A stretch of 64,000 nucleotides of DNA from Octopus vulgaris (GCA_951406725.2 OX597818.1:122264001-122328000), one strand, 5' to 3'. Positions 39,801 to 55,084 are shown, counted from the stretch's first letter. Notes: generated by a model not told the origin, from the sequence alone. Program-made: numbers and translations.

Positions 39801-42632
39801 TATATATACATATATACATATATATATACATGTATATATATACATATATACATATATATATATATACATGTATATATATATATACATATATATATATATA
39901 ATATATGTTAATGTTTGTATATATATATAATATACATATCACGGTATCGACCAGACAACTGGATGTTGTCAGACATCACTGGTCACAAAGCGTTTCGCAT
40001 TGATCTAGCATAAAAATAGGCACACACAAACATAAATATAGTGGGCTACAAAGACATAAAAATGCTTAATATAATTTTCCATGTCAGTTTGTAGCTTTAG
40101 TATGTTGCTCGAGTATGTTTTGTGAGGCATTCATCCAGCATAGAGAGGTGGACATCAGAATGCTTCGTATTTAGTCTTAGCAAAGCATGATTATTTATTA
40201 GTTGTCTAGGTTGCCTGCACTTATTTGTAGCCTCAAAAGCTTAGCTTCTGTGTATTTCTTTAATATATAATCTGGATATGCTCTGTCCACAACATACTTT
40301 TTACGGCTATACCTAGAATCTGAATTTGCGATTTTATTATCAGCTTGCAATTTTTGCAAGTCACAAAATGCATTCAACAGGTTCGGCGGCTATTTTGTTT
40401 CATTGTGTAACCATCGCTTTACGTGTGAATGGCTTAAATGTTGCTATTTAATCTGCTTTAAGTTTACACAGAGGCCTTGCAAAGATAAATTTCTTCACAA
40501 CGTTTCATCTTGGTGCTCCCTCAGTTTAAGCTTCTTGTTGCCTCACAATGCTTTGTGTCTTGCAGCTCTTTTCAGTGGAAACTCTACGGACCTATAAGCG
40601 TAGGGCTATAACTCATTTTCATAAGCGTTGAGCAGTCCATCTGTGAAGACAATAGTGGGCCTTGCGGAATTAATCCATTGGTGGATGAGGACAATGTGTT
40701 GATTCGGAAAGATGATTATGTTGGTTTCCAATTGTAATAGCTTTGAAGCTATATTAGCAGTTTACTGCGTATTTCCTTAGATCCATTCTTGGTGTACATT
40801 GCCTTAATTTATGTCCAAATCTCCTTCGATGTCCAAGAGTTCGAAGTATATATCCCTTTTGGAAATAGTTTCATATCAGGAAGAGAAGAGTCAGAAGTCG
40901 AGATCTGCTGTGCTGTAGTTTAATTGGAAACCGTGTTATCTTTTGAAGATGAATAGATTATTTAGCGGATATCATTGCATTTGTTTGTGGACGAATGATT
41001 TTAACACATTTGTCATTAAAACAGAAGGGAGATAGTGTGCAATACATTTTACAGAGCATTTGAAATTGGTGGAGGTGAGGGATTGAGGGAAGGAGAAAGG
41101 TTTCTTCTTCAAACCATAAGCCTCTTCCTAAATTCCGAATTCTTACAACCGAGTGAACTCTGCTAGAGGCACTTAGAGTGTCAGTTGTGGATAAATTCAG
41201 TGCCGAAATAAATCTATCGTCCGAGTAGGCTATGAAAACATTATATTTAGCACGCAAGAAGCCGGAACAAATATTGGAAGTATCCACTGTACTGAATTGG
41301 CAGTTTTTATCGATCCCGAAAAGATAATAGGATAATAGGTGAAACTGAGTATGGTGGGATTTGAACTTAGAGTATAGAGATTCGGAACAAATACTACGAG
41401 CGTATTTTACGCTCTAATGACACTGTCAAATCGCTATTCTGCTTCAGTGTCAATATATCTTGCTGCATGTAAAGTATCTATTTCAGCTCACGTCCAGCCG
41501 AAATCATCCTTCTCGATGATTCAGTACACAAAATTCGTTTTTAGTCGTCACAAACCTCCGACGCCAGCCTCACTGGTGCAGCAGTTGTCTGACCCAGTTA
41601 GTGTCTTCCTTTGAAATAACAACTATCCAAAATTTCGTGACTTCTTTCTACTATAAAAACAACTGTCATCACCGAGTTGAGCGCAACATCTGATCAATCG
41701 TATCAAAAAATAAATTTATCTCTTCAGATACTTTCCTCTCTTCTTCCTCTCCGAATATTTTGGAATTCCAGATCAGCTATTAGTCACAAGTCCACAGTGT
41801 TTACTTTTACCTTTGGAGCAAATATATGATACATCTCTTACTTGAAAGAGTCGAGAAGGTGAGCAACACTATCCCCTTAGTTATGTTCATTCATTGCCCT
41901 ACACAGAGGAATGTGTGTGTCCACAAATCTATATACTTTACAAAATGAAGAACACTGACAATAACATATTCAGGAATTTAGCCATCATCATCATCATCTG
42001 GGTAGTATTTACCAACCACCTGATATACATCAGGGTGGTCATTGGTAAAACTTTCACCAAATTTTTGCCCTTTTACCAGAGTCTAGAACGTTTTCGAAAT
42101 GATCAATGAGATAGCTAACTAACCGTAGGATTTGAACTCAGAACGCATAATGAACTAGAGTTAATCGATAGTATATATACTGCTCGTCAATTTCCAACAG
42201 TGGTGTCCAATAACATTTTTATGGTTCCGATTTTAGTTATTAGCTCAGCATATTTATACATATTGACGGCAGTGGGGGTAGAGATGCAGTTTATGAGTGT
42301 GTGTGTTTGTGTAAATACACATTCACACACATACACACATACGCTCATACACACACACACACACACACGAGCACATATTAATATTGCGTGTACTTGAACG
42401 TAAAAAAAAAAGTAAGCTTAAAATACAAAGCAAAGTGCTAAGTACTTGAACAAAAAGTGTGTTATATTATTTCATGGGTGACAAGTTTACACGGTTAATA
42501 CTGTTTCCAATTATGGCGATCAGATTCACCGGAAAACTGAATCACTTGTTATATCTGTGAACCAGTCAAGTAATAATAAACACACACACACACATAGTCG
42601 AATAATAATAAAGAACATATATATATATATAT

Positions 42633-42738
<106 letters not shown>

Positions 42739-43752
42739 ATGTGTATATATATATATAGTTATAAATATATATACCTATACATACGTGTAAGTATATGTGT
42801 ATATGTAAGTATATATGAATATTCATATATACATCTTCAAGTACATATATGTATATATATATGTGTGCATTTGTGTATGTATGTACATACATATATGCAG
42901 AGAAAGAGAGAGAGGAAAGGAGAGATCAGAGATAAGGAGACGAGGGGAGAGAAAGGGAGAGAAAGGGAGAGGGAGAGAAGGTGGCAGTGCGACAGAAAGA
43001 ACAAGGGATTGACAAGATTGAAAGACAGGAAATAACAGCAGTAAGTGAATGAAATGGGAAGGAAGGAAGGAAGGATTAACGGAATTGGCAGCTGGAATGG
43101 AGGAATGGAGGAATAGAAGAGAAGACAGAGCATAAAAAAAAAAAAATAATAGCGGAGAGTGTAGAGATGATGGAGACTTCGAGAAGAAGCAGTGTTTGAG
43201 TCTGCAGAGAAAAAAGAAAGAGTGAGAGAGAGAGAGAGATAGAGAGAGAGAGATTGAGAGAGAGAGGAGGGAGGGATAGCGAGAGGATTAACAGTTCCAT
43301 ATATGATGTGTGTGACGGTCGTGAGTTGGAGAGGAAGAAGAAGAAAATGAACGATTGTGTGACAGAATGACGTATAACGGAATAACAGAATAACAGAATA
43401 TCAGAATGCATGTGCGTATTACGGAGTAAAGAGAATGTGACAACATATATATGAGTGTGTGTGTGTGTGTGAGAATTAGAGAGAGGGAGGGAGGGAGAGA
43501 GAGAGAAAGGGAAAGAGAGGGAGAAGGTGAGAATGATTGAAATTAACATATTTTACAACTCCAGCCTACGGTACAAGTCAGCAATATTCAATGAGCTCCT
43601 CTTCCTCCCCTCTTTGGCCCCTCTAACATATACAAGAAACATCTCGTGTCATACCGCACTCAGACATACACACCCATACATGCACACACATACACACAAA
43701 CGTATGCTTTTTATAAACATCTATATCTATATACATATATACACACATACAT

Positions 43753-43802
<50 letters not shown>

Positions 43803-43825
43803 TTACATACATACACACATACATA

Positions 43826-43873
<48 letters not shown>

Positions 43874-44037
43874 CATATACATATACATATATATATATAT
43901 GTGTGTGTATATTTAAAGAGCTAAAAACCACTAGGTGGTCAGCCGTATGCTAGAAGTAGATCACCTACGATCAAACTACAAAGAAAAGAATGTTCTCTAG
44001 AGGAAAATTCAACATACACCAGACAAAATGTGGGCAA

Positions 44038-44126
<89 letters not shown>

Positions 44127-44161
44127 GGGAGAGGGATAGATAGATAGATAAATAGATAGAT

Positions 44162-44235
<74 letters not shown>

Positions 44236-44606
44236 TTCGGATGTATGTACACGAGTGCGTATAGTTTATATGCTGCATGCATATACACCCATCAGCACAG
44301 CTGTGTGAAGTTCAAACATCCTTATTTACATATGTGTTCATGTTTTCGTAATAAAACAAACGCACCTAAATGCGTAAATACCCCCCGAAACACACGTGTG
44401 CCGACACCACCTTCACACCCATTTTATGCGCGCTCCCACAAGCTCGCGCACACGCATACTCAGACACACCCACACGCATAAGCGTAAAACACGCACACGA
44501 ACTCATACATATAATAATGTATGTATAAGCATATGGATCAAGAATCAATATACAAAATAGAAACAGACATTTTAAGGTGTGTTGCTGTGTGTGTGTGTGC
44601 GAAGGT

Positions 44607-44654
<48 letters not shown>

Positions 44655-44708
44655 GGGTTAAGCATCTCGTTCTCTCGCTCTTTCTTTCTTTCTTTTTTCT
44701 TTATTTCA

Positions 44709-44742
<34 letters not shown>

Positions 44743-44853
44743 TCCTGTCAATACACACACACATATACATATATATGCATACATAAAAACAAGTACAAAT
44801 TCTCATATAATTAAATGCATATACATATACACAAATATATACATATATATACA

Positions 44854-44885
<32 letters not shown>

Positions 44886-45612
44886 CATACATATACATAC
44901 ATACATATTTATATATATTTGTATATTTATGAAACAGAAATCTTTTTCACACATACCCACACATATAAACAAAAAAAGATACCCATAAACGTATATGTAC
45001 ACATGTGTGTATAATTTAAACTGCATGTTCATTGCGGACCATGTATACACACACGCATTTCGGTGTATACACACACGCATTTCAATGTATATATACACAA
45101 TTTCAATTAGCAAGAAGCCTTGCTATCTCATTATATATATTTGTCAATAACAATTAAACTCTGTACATGTGGGTGCATATGTAGAATTATATATATATGT
45201 TTATGTGTGTAAGCATGGTTACGAATGTGAATATGCGTATATAAATGTGAAGAAACGTGCGCGTGCGCGCGTTCGAGCGTTCGTAACAGGACGACAAGCA
45301 TAGGAAGAGAAAAGGTTATTAAACATGTGATGTTGACTATATACACTCATCGAGCTATCGATAACATTGCCCTGATCCTACTAGCTGTTGGCTGTATGAT
45401 AAGCAAGCACTTGGATGTAATGCTTGCACTCGTGTGCACCAGCTGCCGTAGTAGACTGTCTGTCTTTCACGTCATGTCGTCATTGGACACACGGATACAC
45501 GCATGCACACACGAACACATGCACACACACGCACACACGCACACATGCGCACACACACACACGCACATACATACATCATGTACAATAGATAAATAGATGT
45601 GCGCATCGATAT

Positions 45613-45649
<37 letters not shown>

Positions 45650-45695
45650 ATACATCATATATATAATTTATATATATTTATATACATATATAATT

Positions 45696-45790
<95 letters not shown>

Positions 45791-45896
45791 ATATATAATT
45801 TTTACTGTATCACAGTTTTTTTCACGCTAGGCCACATGGTGTTTTAAATTGATGTTATTATTAATTAATATTCAATTTTTTTCACCCTTATTGTGA

Positions 45897-45994
<98 letters not shown>

Positions 45995-46138
45995 GTATGA
46001 ATGCTTAGATAGATAGATATAGATATAGATATATAATGTTTATCTATATCATTATATAAATCTATATAGATATATATGTATATATTTATGTTTTATGTGT
46101 ATATATGTATGTAATACATGTATATATGTGTGTGCGTG

Positions 46139-46180
<42 letters not shown>

Positions 46181-46281
46181 CCCATCTGTCTCTCTATATG
46201 TCTGTCCGTTTCTGTCTCTTTCTCTCTTTCTCCCCTCTGAATCTCTGTCTGACTATCTGTCTCTTTCTCTCTCTCTCTCTC

Positions 46282-46345
<64 letters not shown>

Positions 46346-46459
46346 CATATACAGAGAGAGAGAGAGAGAGAGCAAGAGAAAGAAAAAAAGGAGAGAGCGG
46401 GTAGAGAGAGAGATGGATGGGAGGAAGAGAGCGAGATGAGGAGAGAAACAGTGAATGTG

Positions 46460-46870
46460 TATGTCCTTGGCAGAACACATGCAGGAAACTCTTGAGAGAA
46501 TGATTGCCAAATGCCAAGAGTCGGTAGAGAAGTGCAGCAACCAGGTCTGACTAGCACGTTGCTAGGCAAATGATGCCAACCCTCGAGGGGTTCGTGCGGC
46601 GTTCACTCTGCAGGGATCTCAACGGGCTTAGGTATTTAGAGCTAATGTGGAAAAAAAAGGAGGATCAAACAATCCATTACTGAAGCTGCAGAGAATGTTA
46701 CTAGGTGGCTTTGGTGAAAAAAAGGGCAGGCCGTGGTTAGCTGTGACTTGAATGCAAGCTGGAACATAATCAACTCGGTAGGTTGGGTGAGAAGGTTTGA
46801 GGTTAGGTTGGAAGGTCTGAAAGATTTTATGACCCCAGAACCTTACTGACGATGCATCCGAAGGAATCCG
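46460..46870 (+). pseudogene. 3' end of a HERO-like (RLE-type) non-LTR retrotransposon, degraded
   Basis: PW/EHMQETLERMIAKCQESVEKC...RSLCR...ITEAAENVTRWLW* resembles HERO-type C-termini, followed by a 3' UTR. Confidence 0.7.
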
Positions 46871-46889
46871 TGCAATATAGCCTGACACA

Positions 46890-46932
<43 letters not shown>

Positions 46933-47098
46933 TGTTTGTTTGTGTTTGTTTGTGTTTGTGTGTGTGTGTTATACACACACATGATATAATGCATAATATA
47001 TTATATATATAATGTTATATACGTATGTATGTAAATATATATATATATATATATATGCATATATACATACTTTCATCTATACGAATATATGCATATGT

Positions 47099-47590
47099 GG
47101 GCACAGAACGTCACGAAACGTGGACAACAAAAAAGTACGAAGCACGAGTACATGGAACATGTACTATTCTTTTGAACAACGAAAGACACAAATGGAAAAC
47201 AAAACAAACAACATAAAGACAGACCCTTCCTCAGTTGTCATGGCTGATTTTCTAGTCTCGTATTTCGAGCATTTAACAACAATATACGCTTTCGATAAAA
47301 CAGTTGCTCCCGCAAAGGAATTTAAATAAAATTTGGGATTTTGCGGAGGGTGAAAATTGGTAACACAAACAGGACAGTGAAAACAAGCAGGAAGGGCTGC
47401 TAAGCCTAAACGAGGTTGTGGTGGCGAACGCGTAAATCAAGCTAGGACAGGCGATCAGAAGAAGAAGTACAGTTTGGATCAAAACACAGTATTTCTTGGA
47501 TCATTGTTGCTCGAAACGGCCAGAGGAGTAAATGACACTAAGGAAGAATGACAAGATTTTTCTGATCTCCAGTCGGCTGCTGACGAGAAG
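47099..47590 (-). mobile_element. Family G element next to TA-rich microsatellite
   Basis: Reverse complement of 47099-47230 resembles 50737-50865 (T-rich, ends cgttctgtgccc versus tgtcctgtactc before a TA-rich run). Confidence 0.45.
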
Positions 47591-48078
47591 TGTATACAGC
47601 ACACATGCAGATACATACACTAACACATGTAGATACACACGCTGACAAGTTCACACATACACATATACACGTACACATACACACATACATACACACATAC
47701 ACATACACTATTTATTTATTGACAGCAAACCACAACATACATAGGCGAGAATTAAATCGTGGGCCGCTGGCCAATAGCCTTGTGTGCCGGTGCCTTAAGG
47801 CGGCCCCAATATGTATGAACACACATACGCACAGTTACATATATACATATATATATATATATATGTATATATTGATAGATAGATACACATATATATTTAC
47901 TTCTATATTGATATATATATATGCACGCACACATACACACACACATACACACTCACACACACACATACATAGATGTGTGCATATATGTGTGTGTGTACGC
48001 ATGTACGATTGTAGCTATGTCTGTATATGTAGTGACACATACCCGTCTCTGTGTGTGTCTCTCTCGCTCTATCTAATC

Positions 48079-48120
<42 letters not shown>

Positions 48121-48121
48121 A

Positions 48122-48176
<55 letters not shown>

Positions 48177-48177
48177 C

Positions 48178-48213
<36 letters not shown>

Positions 48214-48884
48214 GGCTGTCTGTCTGTCTGTCTGTCAGTCTGTCTGTCTTTTATCTTTTATCATTTACTCGCTTCTGTCACCGGACAGCGGCCAAGCGGG
48301 AGCACCCCCTTAAAGGCTGTAGTCAGAGAAATCGTTGCGTCGACAACTAATGATTCGTAAACGTTCCTGAATGAATTCATAAGTTACCTCCTCGTCACCC
48401 TTAGCGCATCACTTTGAAGGCGTGGGCGGAGTGGGTTTTCATAACCACTGAAAGAAGGTCCCCAAATCTTTTTCCTTTCTTTTATTTTTTTGCTTTTCCT
48501 GTCTGCGTTGCGAAGTTTTGCAAATTATTAGCGACACCCTCAAATTCTCACGGTCAAGTCGCAGCTCCTTCTCTCTGCGATAGAAACCTGAGGGAAGAAT
48601 TATAAATTGTTTTCTTTGAATTTAGTAACCGAGAGTAGCTAAGATTTCCATGCATAGATTTATATTTTCGTGGGCATGTTTGAAGACTTGACGTTAAATT
48701 CATCTCCCTGACGACAGTGCGCAAGTCAAGTTGTTCTGACTGAAGCATTACATATGTTCCAGTTATAGCTGTGTGTGTATGTATGTATGTATCGCCTTTT
48801 CTCTCTATATATATACATATACACACACATACACACACATACACACACACATACACAGACATACACCCACACACATATATATAT

Positions 48885-49042
48885 AGGCGTGGGTGTGTGG
48901 TAAGACGCGTGCTTGCCAACCACATAGTTCCGGGTTCAGTCCCACTGCATAGCACCTTAGGCAAGTGTCTTCTACTATAGTCTCGGGCAGACCAAAGCCT
49001 TGTGAGTGGATTTGGTAGGTGGAAAATAAAAGAAGCTCGTCG

Positions 49043-49074
<32 letters not shown>

Positions 49075-49312
49075 TGTATGTATATGTGCGTGTGTGTGTA
49101 TGTGTGTTTGTTTGTGGGTCTCCCACACCATCGCTTGACAACCGATGTTGGTGGGTTTACGTCTCCGTAACTTAGCGGTTCGGCAAAATAGACCGATAGA
49201 ATAAGTACTAGGCGTACAAAGAATAAGTCCTGGTCCTGGAGTCGATTTTTTCGACAGGAGGCAGTGTTCCAGCATGGCCGCAGGCACATGACTGAAAAAA
49301 AAGTAAGAGTAA
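48885..49312 (+). mobile_element. SINE family A, full length
   Basis: Collinear with 10609-11030. Confidence 0.88.
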
Positions 49313-49429
49313 AATAATATGTATATATATATATATATATATATGTAAAAAATATATATATATATATACATATATATATGAACTCAGAATATGTGTATAC
49401 GTATTATTTTTTTTAAAATATATCTCACA

Positions 49430-49520
49430 AGCAACAGAGTGACTCGAGGGCCGAGAATTCCGTGCTTTGTGCACTTAACGCAACGCGCGAAACCATCGGT
49501 CTTTGAGTCAGTCTGCTGCT
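49430..49520 (+). other. Candidate structured RNA (25-position stem closing a branched loop)
   Basis: 49430-49454 pairs with 49496-49520 at 23 of 25 positions, including three G.U pairs. Confidence 0.5.
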
Positions 49521-50149
49521 TCTGCTGAGCAATAATAATAATAATACGTATATACATTCATAAATATACATACTTACAGACAGACAGACACACACACGCA
49601 CGCACGCACGCACGCAAACACACACACTCACACACTCATCAATTCTGTCTATTAACTTCTCAGAATGTAGTGGTCCGCATGTGGATTACTGAAAATTACA
49701 CTTGCATTTTTCGAGGTGCTAATCTGCGTATTGAACCACGAATCTACCCACGTGTTTGTGAAGTGAGATTCTTTACCACGTAGCCACATCTTCAAGGCCT
49801 CCACGAGAAAACACTGCATATTTACTGGGTACATTTTTTGCTTAACATTGTACAAGTGCAGTAAAGATGAAAACCTGTATCTGGTAAAACCATCTACAAG
49901 AAATAGCAGTCAATTTCTATTTTAAATCACAAGATTAAAAGATAAGAACACACGGAATGGCGTAGTTCTGCATGCAAGATAAATGTTCGTAAATGATGGC
50001 CATGGATGGAATCCTTTCCGTGAAAAGTCTTTGCAATATCGTGGAACTGACCTTCATCTGTCTGTGTGTGTGTATACGTACATACATACATACATAAACA
50101 CACACATATATATTTACCTATATATACATGCATACATATATATATATGC

Positions 50150-50224
<75 letters not shown>

Positions 50225-50352
50225 CATACGTATATATCCATATGCACACGTATGTACTTATATGTATATGTGTGTGTGTGTATATACACACATATATACA
50301 TACATATATACATACATACATACATACATACATACATGCATATGCACTTGCA

Positions 50353-50386
<34 letters not shown>

Positions 50387-50532
50387 CATGTATATATGTT
50401 ATGCAAATACAAGTGAGAAATTCAAAATAATACTCACTGCTAAAGAATGAAAAATATTTATGGTTATTTGAGCTGGTACCTCACGTCTGATAATTCAAAT
50501 TTTACTGACCGACTCCCATACTGGGCACGCAG

Positions 50533-50722
50533 TACATACATACATACATACATACATACATACATACATACATACATACATACATACATGCATACATACA
50601 TACATACATACATACATACGTACATACATACATACATACATGCATGCATACATTCATACATACATACATACATACATACATACATACATACATACATACA
50701 TACATACATACATACATACATA
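50533..50722. repeat. (TACA)n microsatellite
   Basis: Direct reading. Confidence 0.95.
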
Positions 50723-50736
50723 CACGCATATATATA

Positions 50737-50862
50737 GGGGAATATTCCTTGTATTGTTTGTCTTGTACTCTGTTACTTCGTTGTTAAAAAAAGTCCGTTT
50801 CCTTGTTTGTTTTTATGTTTTCGTTTCTCGTTGTGGTCTACGTTTATTTGTGGTGTCCTGTA

Positions 50863-50865
<3 letters not shown>
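50737..50865 (+). mobile_element. Family G terminal fragment in (TA)n
   Basis: Similar to the reverse complement of 47099-47230; TA runs on both sides. Confidence 0.45.
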
Positions 50866-50904
<39 letters not shown>

Positions 50905-50994
50905 TGTATATATACATATAGATGTAGGTATGTACATATTTGTATGTATGTATGCATATGTTTTATTTGTTAAATTGTTATTATATATATATAT

Positions 50995-51057
<63 letters not shown>

Positions 51058-51372
51058 TAGATAGATAGATAGATATATATATATATATATATATCCAACT
51101 CTGTCATTGCCTGTCTCCAGGTCTGCCTGACTGCCTATCCATCCATCTGTCAGTTTGTCTGTCTCTCTGTCTGTATTTGATGCTTGTCGCTAGAACTGAT
51201 ATGGAAAGGTGGGTCATCGTAAGGCCGGAAACAAGAAATATATCCGTTTTAGTCATACAACAATCCATTTTCCACCGTGAAACAGCCACGCCCAGAAAAT
51301 TTCTCCTGATGAATCTCAAGAAACCAACCCACACCCTTTGTTATATATAAGCGTACAAACACATCCATCCAT

Positions 51373-51408
<36 letters not shown>

Positions 51409-51519
51409 GCACACACACACACACACACAGACACAGGCGCAAACACATACACAACACACGCACACACACACATATAGAAATGTGCGTGTATATATGTTTA
51501 TACATTTACGTGGCTATTC

Positions 51520-51882
51520 TTTTATGCTCTTATTCTTTTATGTGTTTCATTCATTCGACTGCGGCCATGCTGCAGCACCACCCTGTAGTCGAACAAATCG
51601 ACCCCGGGACTTATTCTTTGCAAGCCTAGGACTTATTGAATCATTCTGTTTTGCCGAACCGCTAAGTTACGGGGACGTGAACACACCAACATCGGTTGTC
51701 AAGCGATGGTGGTGGTGGTGCGGAGACAAACACAGACACAAACACACACATATACGACGGACTTATTTCAGTTTCCGTCTACCAAATCCACTCACAAGGC
51801 TACAGTAGAAGACACTTCCCGAAGATGCCACTCAGTGGGACTGAACCCGGAACCATGTGGTTGGTAAGCAAGCTACTTACCA
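51520..51882 (-). mobile_element. SINE family A
   Basis: Reverse-complement similarity to 10609-11030. Confidence 0.85.
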
Positions 51883-51911
51883 CACACACACACACACTAT
51901 ATATATATAAA

Positions 51912-51949
<38 letters not shown>

Positions 51950-52405
51950 TTAATCAGCGGTGGTGCCCCAGCATGGCTGCGGCCTTCGGGCTAAAATATT
52001 TTTAAGGATTTAAGTATATATATATACATACATACATACGTACATACGTATATGATTATGCGTACCGGAGCGCGCGTGTGTATGTGTGTTAGTTTATATG
52101 GACGAATGTGTAGTGTGTACATAAGTATGCGTAGCTAAGTATGTATGTGCGCTTAACCCTTGCAATAGTGGTCATACATATCTTAAACTAGGTGAAAAGA
52201 ATGTAGCTCGCCGGCGAATGAAAATGAAATGTTATTCCTCTATGGATAACAAATTTGTTTACATATATATATGCGATGTGCGTGTGTGTATTTGTTTGTG
52301 AGTATGGATACATACATGCACACACACACACACACACACACATGCGCACGCATACATGCATACACACACATATGTATGCATATATACATGTACATATCTA
52401 TCCAA

Positions 52406-52483
<78 letters not shown>

Positions 52484-53464
52484 GACGACGAGCTCGGGGC
52501 GAACCTGGACGTCGACGAGGAGTACCTAACCCGCCTGTTCAGGACGACTTTCGGGCCAGGGCCCATGGACAACTTCCAGAGATCCCTGGCCTGGCAGTGC
52601 TACCGAGAAGCGCTACCCGTTCGGGATAAGCTCTACAGACACAGCTCGAGAAACACGGGGCCGACCTGCCCGAGATGCGGTCAGAGCGACGAAACCGTTC
52701 TGCACGCACACGTTCAGTGTCCAACAATTTCCGACCTGTGGGCTTATGTCGAACAACTGCTGTCACGTGTGGGACGAGTCGGTTTATCAGCTGAGTCTAT
52801 CGTCAATATTGTCACGCCTCCTTCCTTCAAACAGGAAGGAAGAGCTATTTTCATCATCCTTGTGGCTATGGCGAAAGAATGTATCTGGTGGACGCGTCTG
52901 AAAGGATTGGAGACAAACACTTTCCTCTCTGGTCAATCTCTCATCAACTTCTTCAAGTACCACTTGAAAAGGAAAGTGAGAGTAGAGAGGCAAGTTTTGT
53001 CTAGCGAATGTTTTAAAAAAAGATGGGTGAATGTAGCAAGAATGGCACGTATGAATGACTAAGCCACCTTGAGCATAATCCTATGAACCCAGAAATTGAA
53101 AACAGAGATTTGCTTATTTGCAAAAAAAAAAAAAAAAAAAAAAAAATATAAAATGTGACTTCATTGACCGAGGTTACCGTGGTCTTTTCCGTAGGCTTTT
53201 CTTTCCACGGGTAAACCTCACCTGTCCTCCCCTTTACACTTCATATTGACATTTCTGTGATAACGATCCCTATTGATCAATTTTTTTTTCTTTTTTCCTC
53301 TCCCCCTTTTTTTAACCCCCTTTTTTTGTCCTCTTTCTCTCCTTTTACGATCCCTTTTGATCGAAACTCCCCCTTCCTTTTTTTTTTTTTAAACCTTCAA
53401 AAGAAAAGCTCTACCTTGTAATTTGTTCTATCTGTGTGCAGCCCTGTGTGGCTAATAAAGAAAC
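52484..53464 (+). mobile_element. 5'-truncated Tx1/L1-clade LINE inserted in (TATC)n
   Basis: Uninterrupted frame to 53062 with a zf-RVT-type motif (AWQCYREALPVRDKL...CPRCGQSDETVLHAHVQCP...W); T/C-rich 3' UTR; AATAAA at 53454; TATC repeats on both sides. Confidence 0.9.
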
Positions 53465-53580
<116 letters not shown>

Positions 53581-53587
53581 ATATATA

Positions 53588-53650
<63 letters not shown>

Positions 53651-53890
53651 ATATATATATATATATATGCACACACGCGCACGCACACACTTATACACGC
53701 ATATGTATACTTATATATATATATGTGTGCAAAGTATGTATATATATATATATATATATGTACGTATACACACATATATATTTGTGTTTGTCTTCATCCA
53801 TGCATGCATACACAGCCACCCACCTCCCCACACACACATATGCATGTGTGTATGCATGTATGCATGTATGTATGTATGTATGTATGTATG

Positions 53891-53925
<35 letters not shown>

Positions 53926-54519
53926 ATGCATGTATGTATGATCTTTGATCGTATGTAACAACTTTGAATTTTACGTTCCCGTGAATATCAGCAATATGCT
54001 GGTATAAGTATGTTGCGCACTTTAATCCGTGATGTGTTTATGATAACCTAATTTTGAAATGTTCCTTAGGCTATAGATATGCACGCAGCAATTCGATTTC
54101 CTGACCTATTCGCTATTACCTTCTTGCTTGAAGCCATTCTCGCTTCATTTATGCCAGAAACCTCGTATAAAACAGTATTGTTTTCGCCCCCATCTCTCCC
54201 ATCACTAGTGTTTTACTATCTCTGAGCTGTGTCTGTCTATTAGCATAAATATAACATTTGTGTTCTGGACATGAATTGTCTTAAATCTTTTTATATTTTA
54301 TATTGTGTCATATGTCTCAATGACGTTCTCACTATAATCCCGGACATGATCGAGTATGCTGAAGAAGTAAGTTTTAAAATAACGTGGTTCCGAGTTCGAT
54401 TTCACTTAGAGGCAATTTCATCCCATTAATTATTTTTTTTTTTTTGAGTTTCACTGTTCACACGGTCAGCCAATGCCTTCTGAGTGCTGTTTGGTAACAG
54501 GGAGAATAGAATGGTCCGT

Positions 54520-54590
<71 letters not shown>

Positions 54591-54599
54591 ATGTGTGTG

Positions 54600-54819
54600 T
54601 GTTTATACTTTTAATCCTTTACTTGTTGACTGCGTCAATGCTGCAGCACCGCCTTAAGGGGGTTTTGTCGAAGAATTCGACCCCATAACTTATTCTTTGC
54701 AGAAGTTTTTCTATCGGGCTCTCTTTGCCGAACTGCTAAGTTACAGGCACGTAAACACACCAACATCAGTTGTCAAGCGATGGTGGGAGGACAAACAGAC
54801 ACACACACTCACAAATATA

Positions 54820-54878
<59 letters not shown>

Positions 54879-55037
54879 CGGGCTTCTTTCAGTTTCCGTC
54901 TACATAATTCACTCACAAGGCATTAATCGGCTTGAGGCTATCGTAGAAGACACTTGCACAAGGTGCCACGCAGTAAGAATGAATCTGGAACCATATGGTT
55001 GGGATGCAAGCTTCTTACCACATAGCCACGCCTGCGC
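54600..55037 (-). mobile_element. SINE family A
   Basis: Reverse-complement similarity to 10609-11030. Confidence 0.85.
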
Positions 55038-55042
55038 CGTAT

Positions 55043-55084
<42 letters not shown>

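Noticed and set aside
40300-40860. Possible very old RTE-like LINE C-terminus on the minus strand
   Set aside because: Only vague motif resemblance across frameshifts; needs a translated HMM search
51306-51325. CTGATGA-atctcaa-GAAA
   Set aside because: No cleavage triplet or closing stem follows
52271-52483. N-terminal part of the 263-aa ORF
   Set aside because: Microsatellite sequence that happens to be in frame with the truncated LINE ORF2; not a real N-terminus
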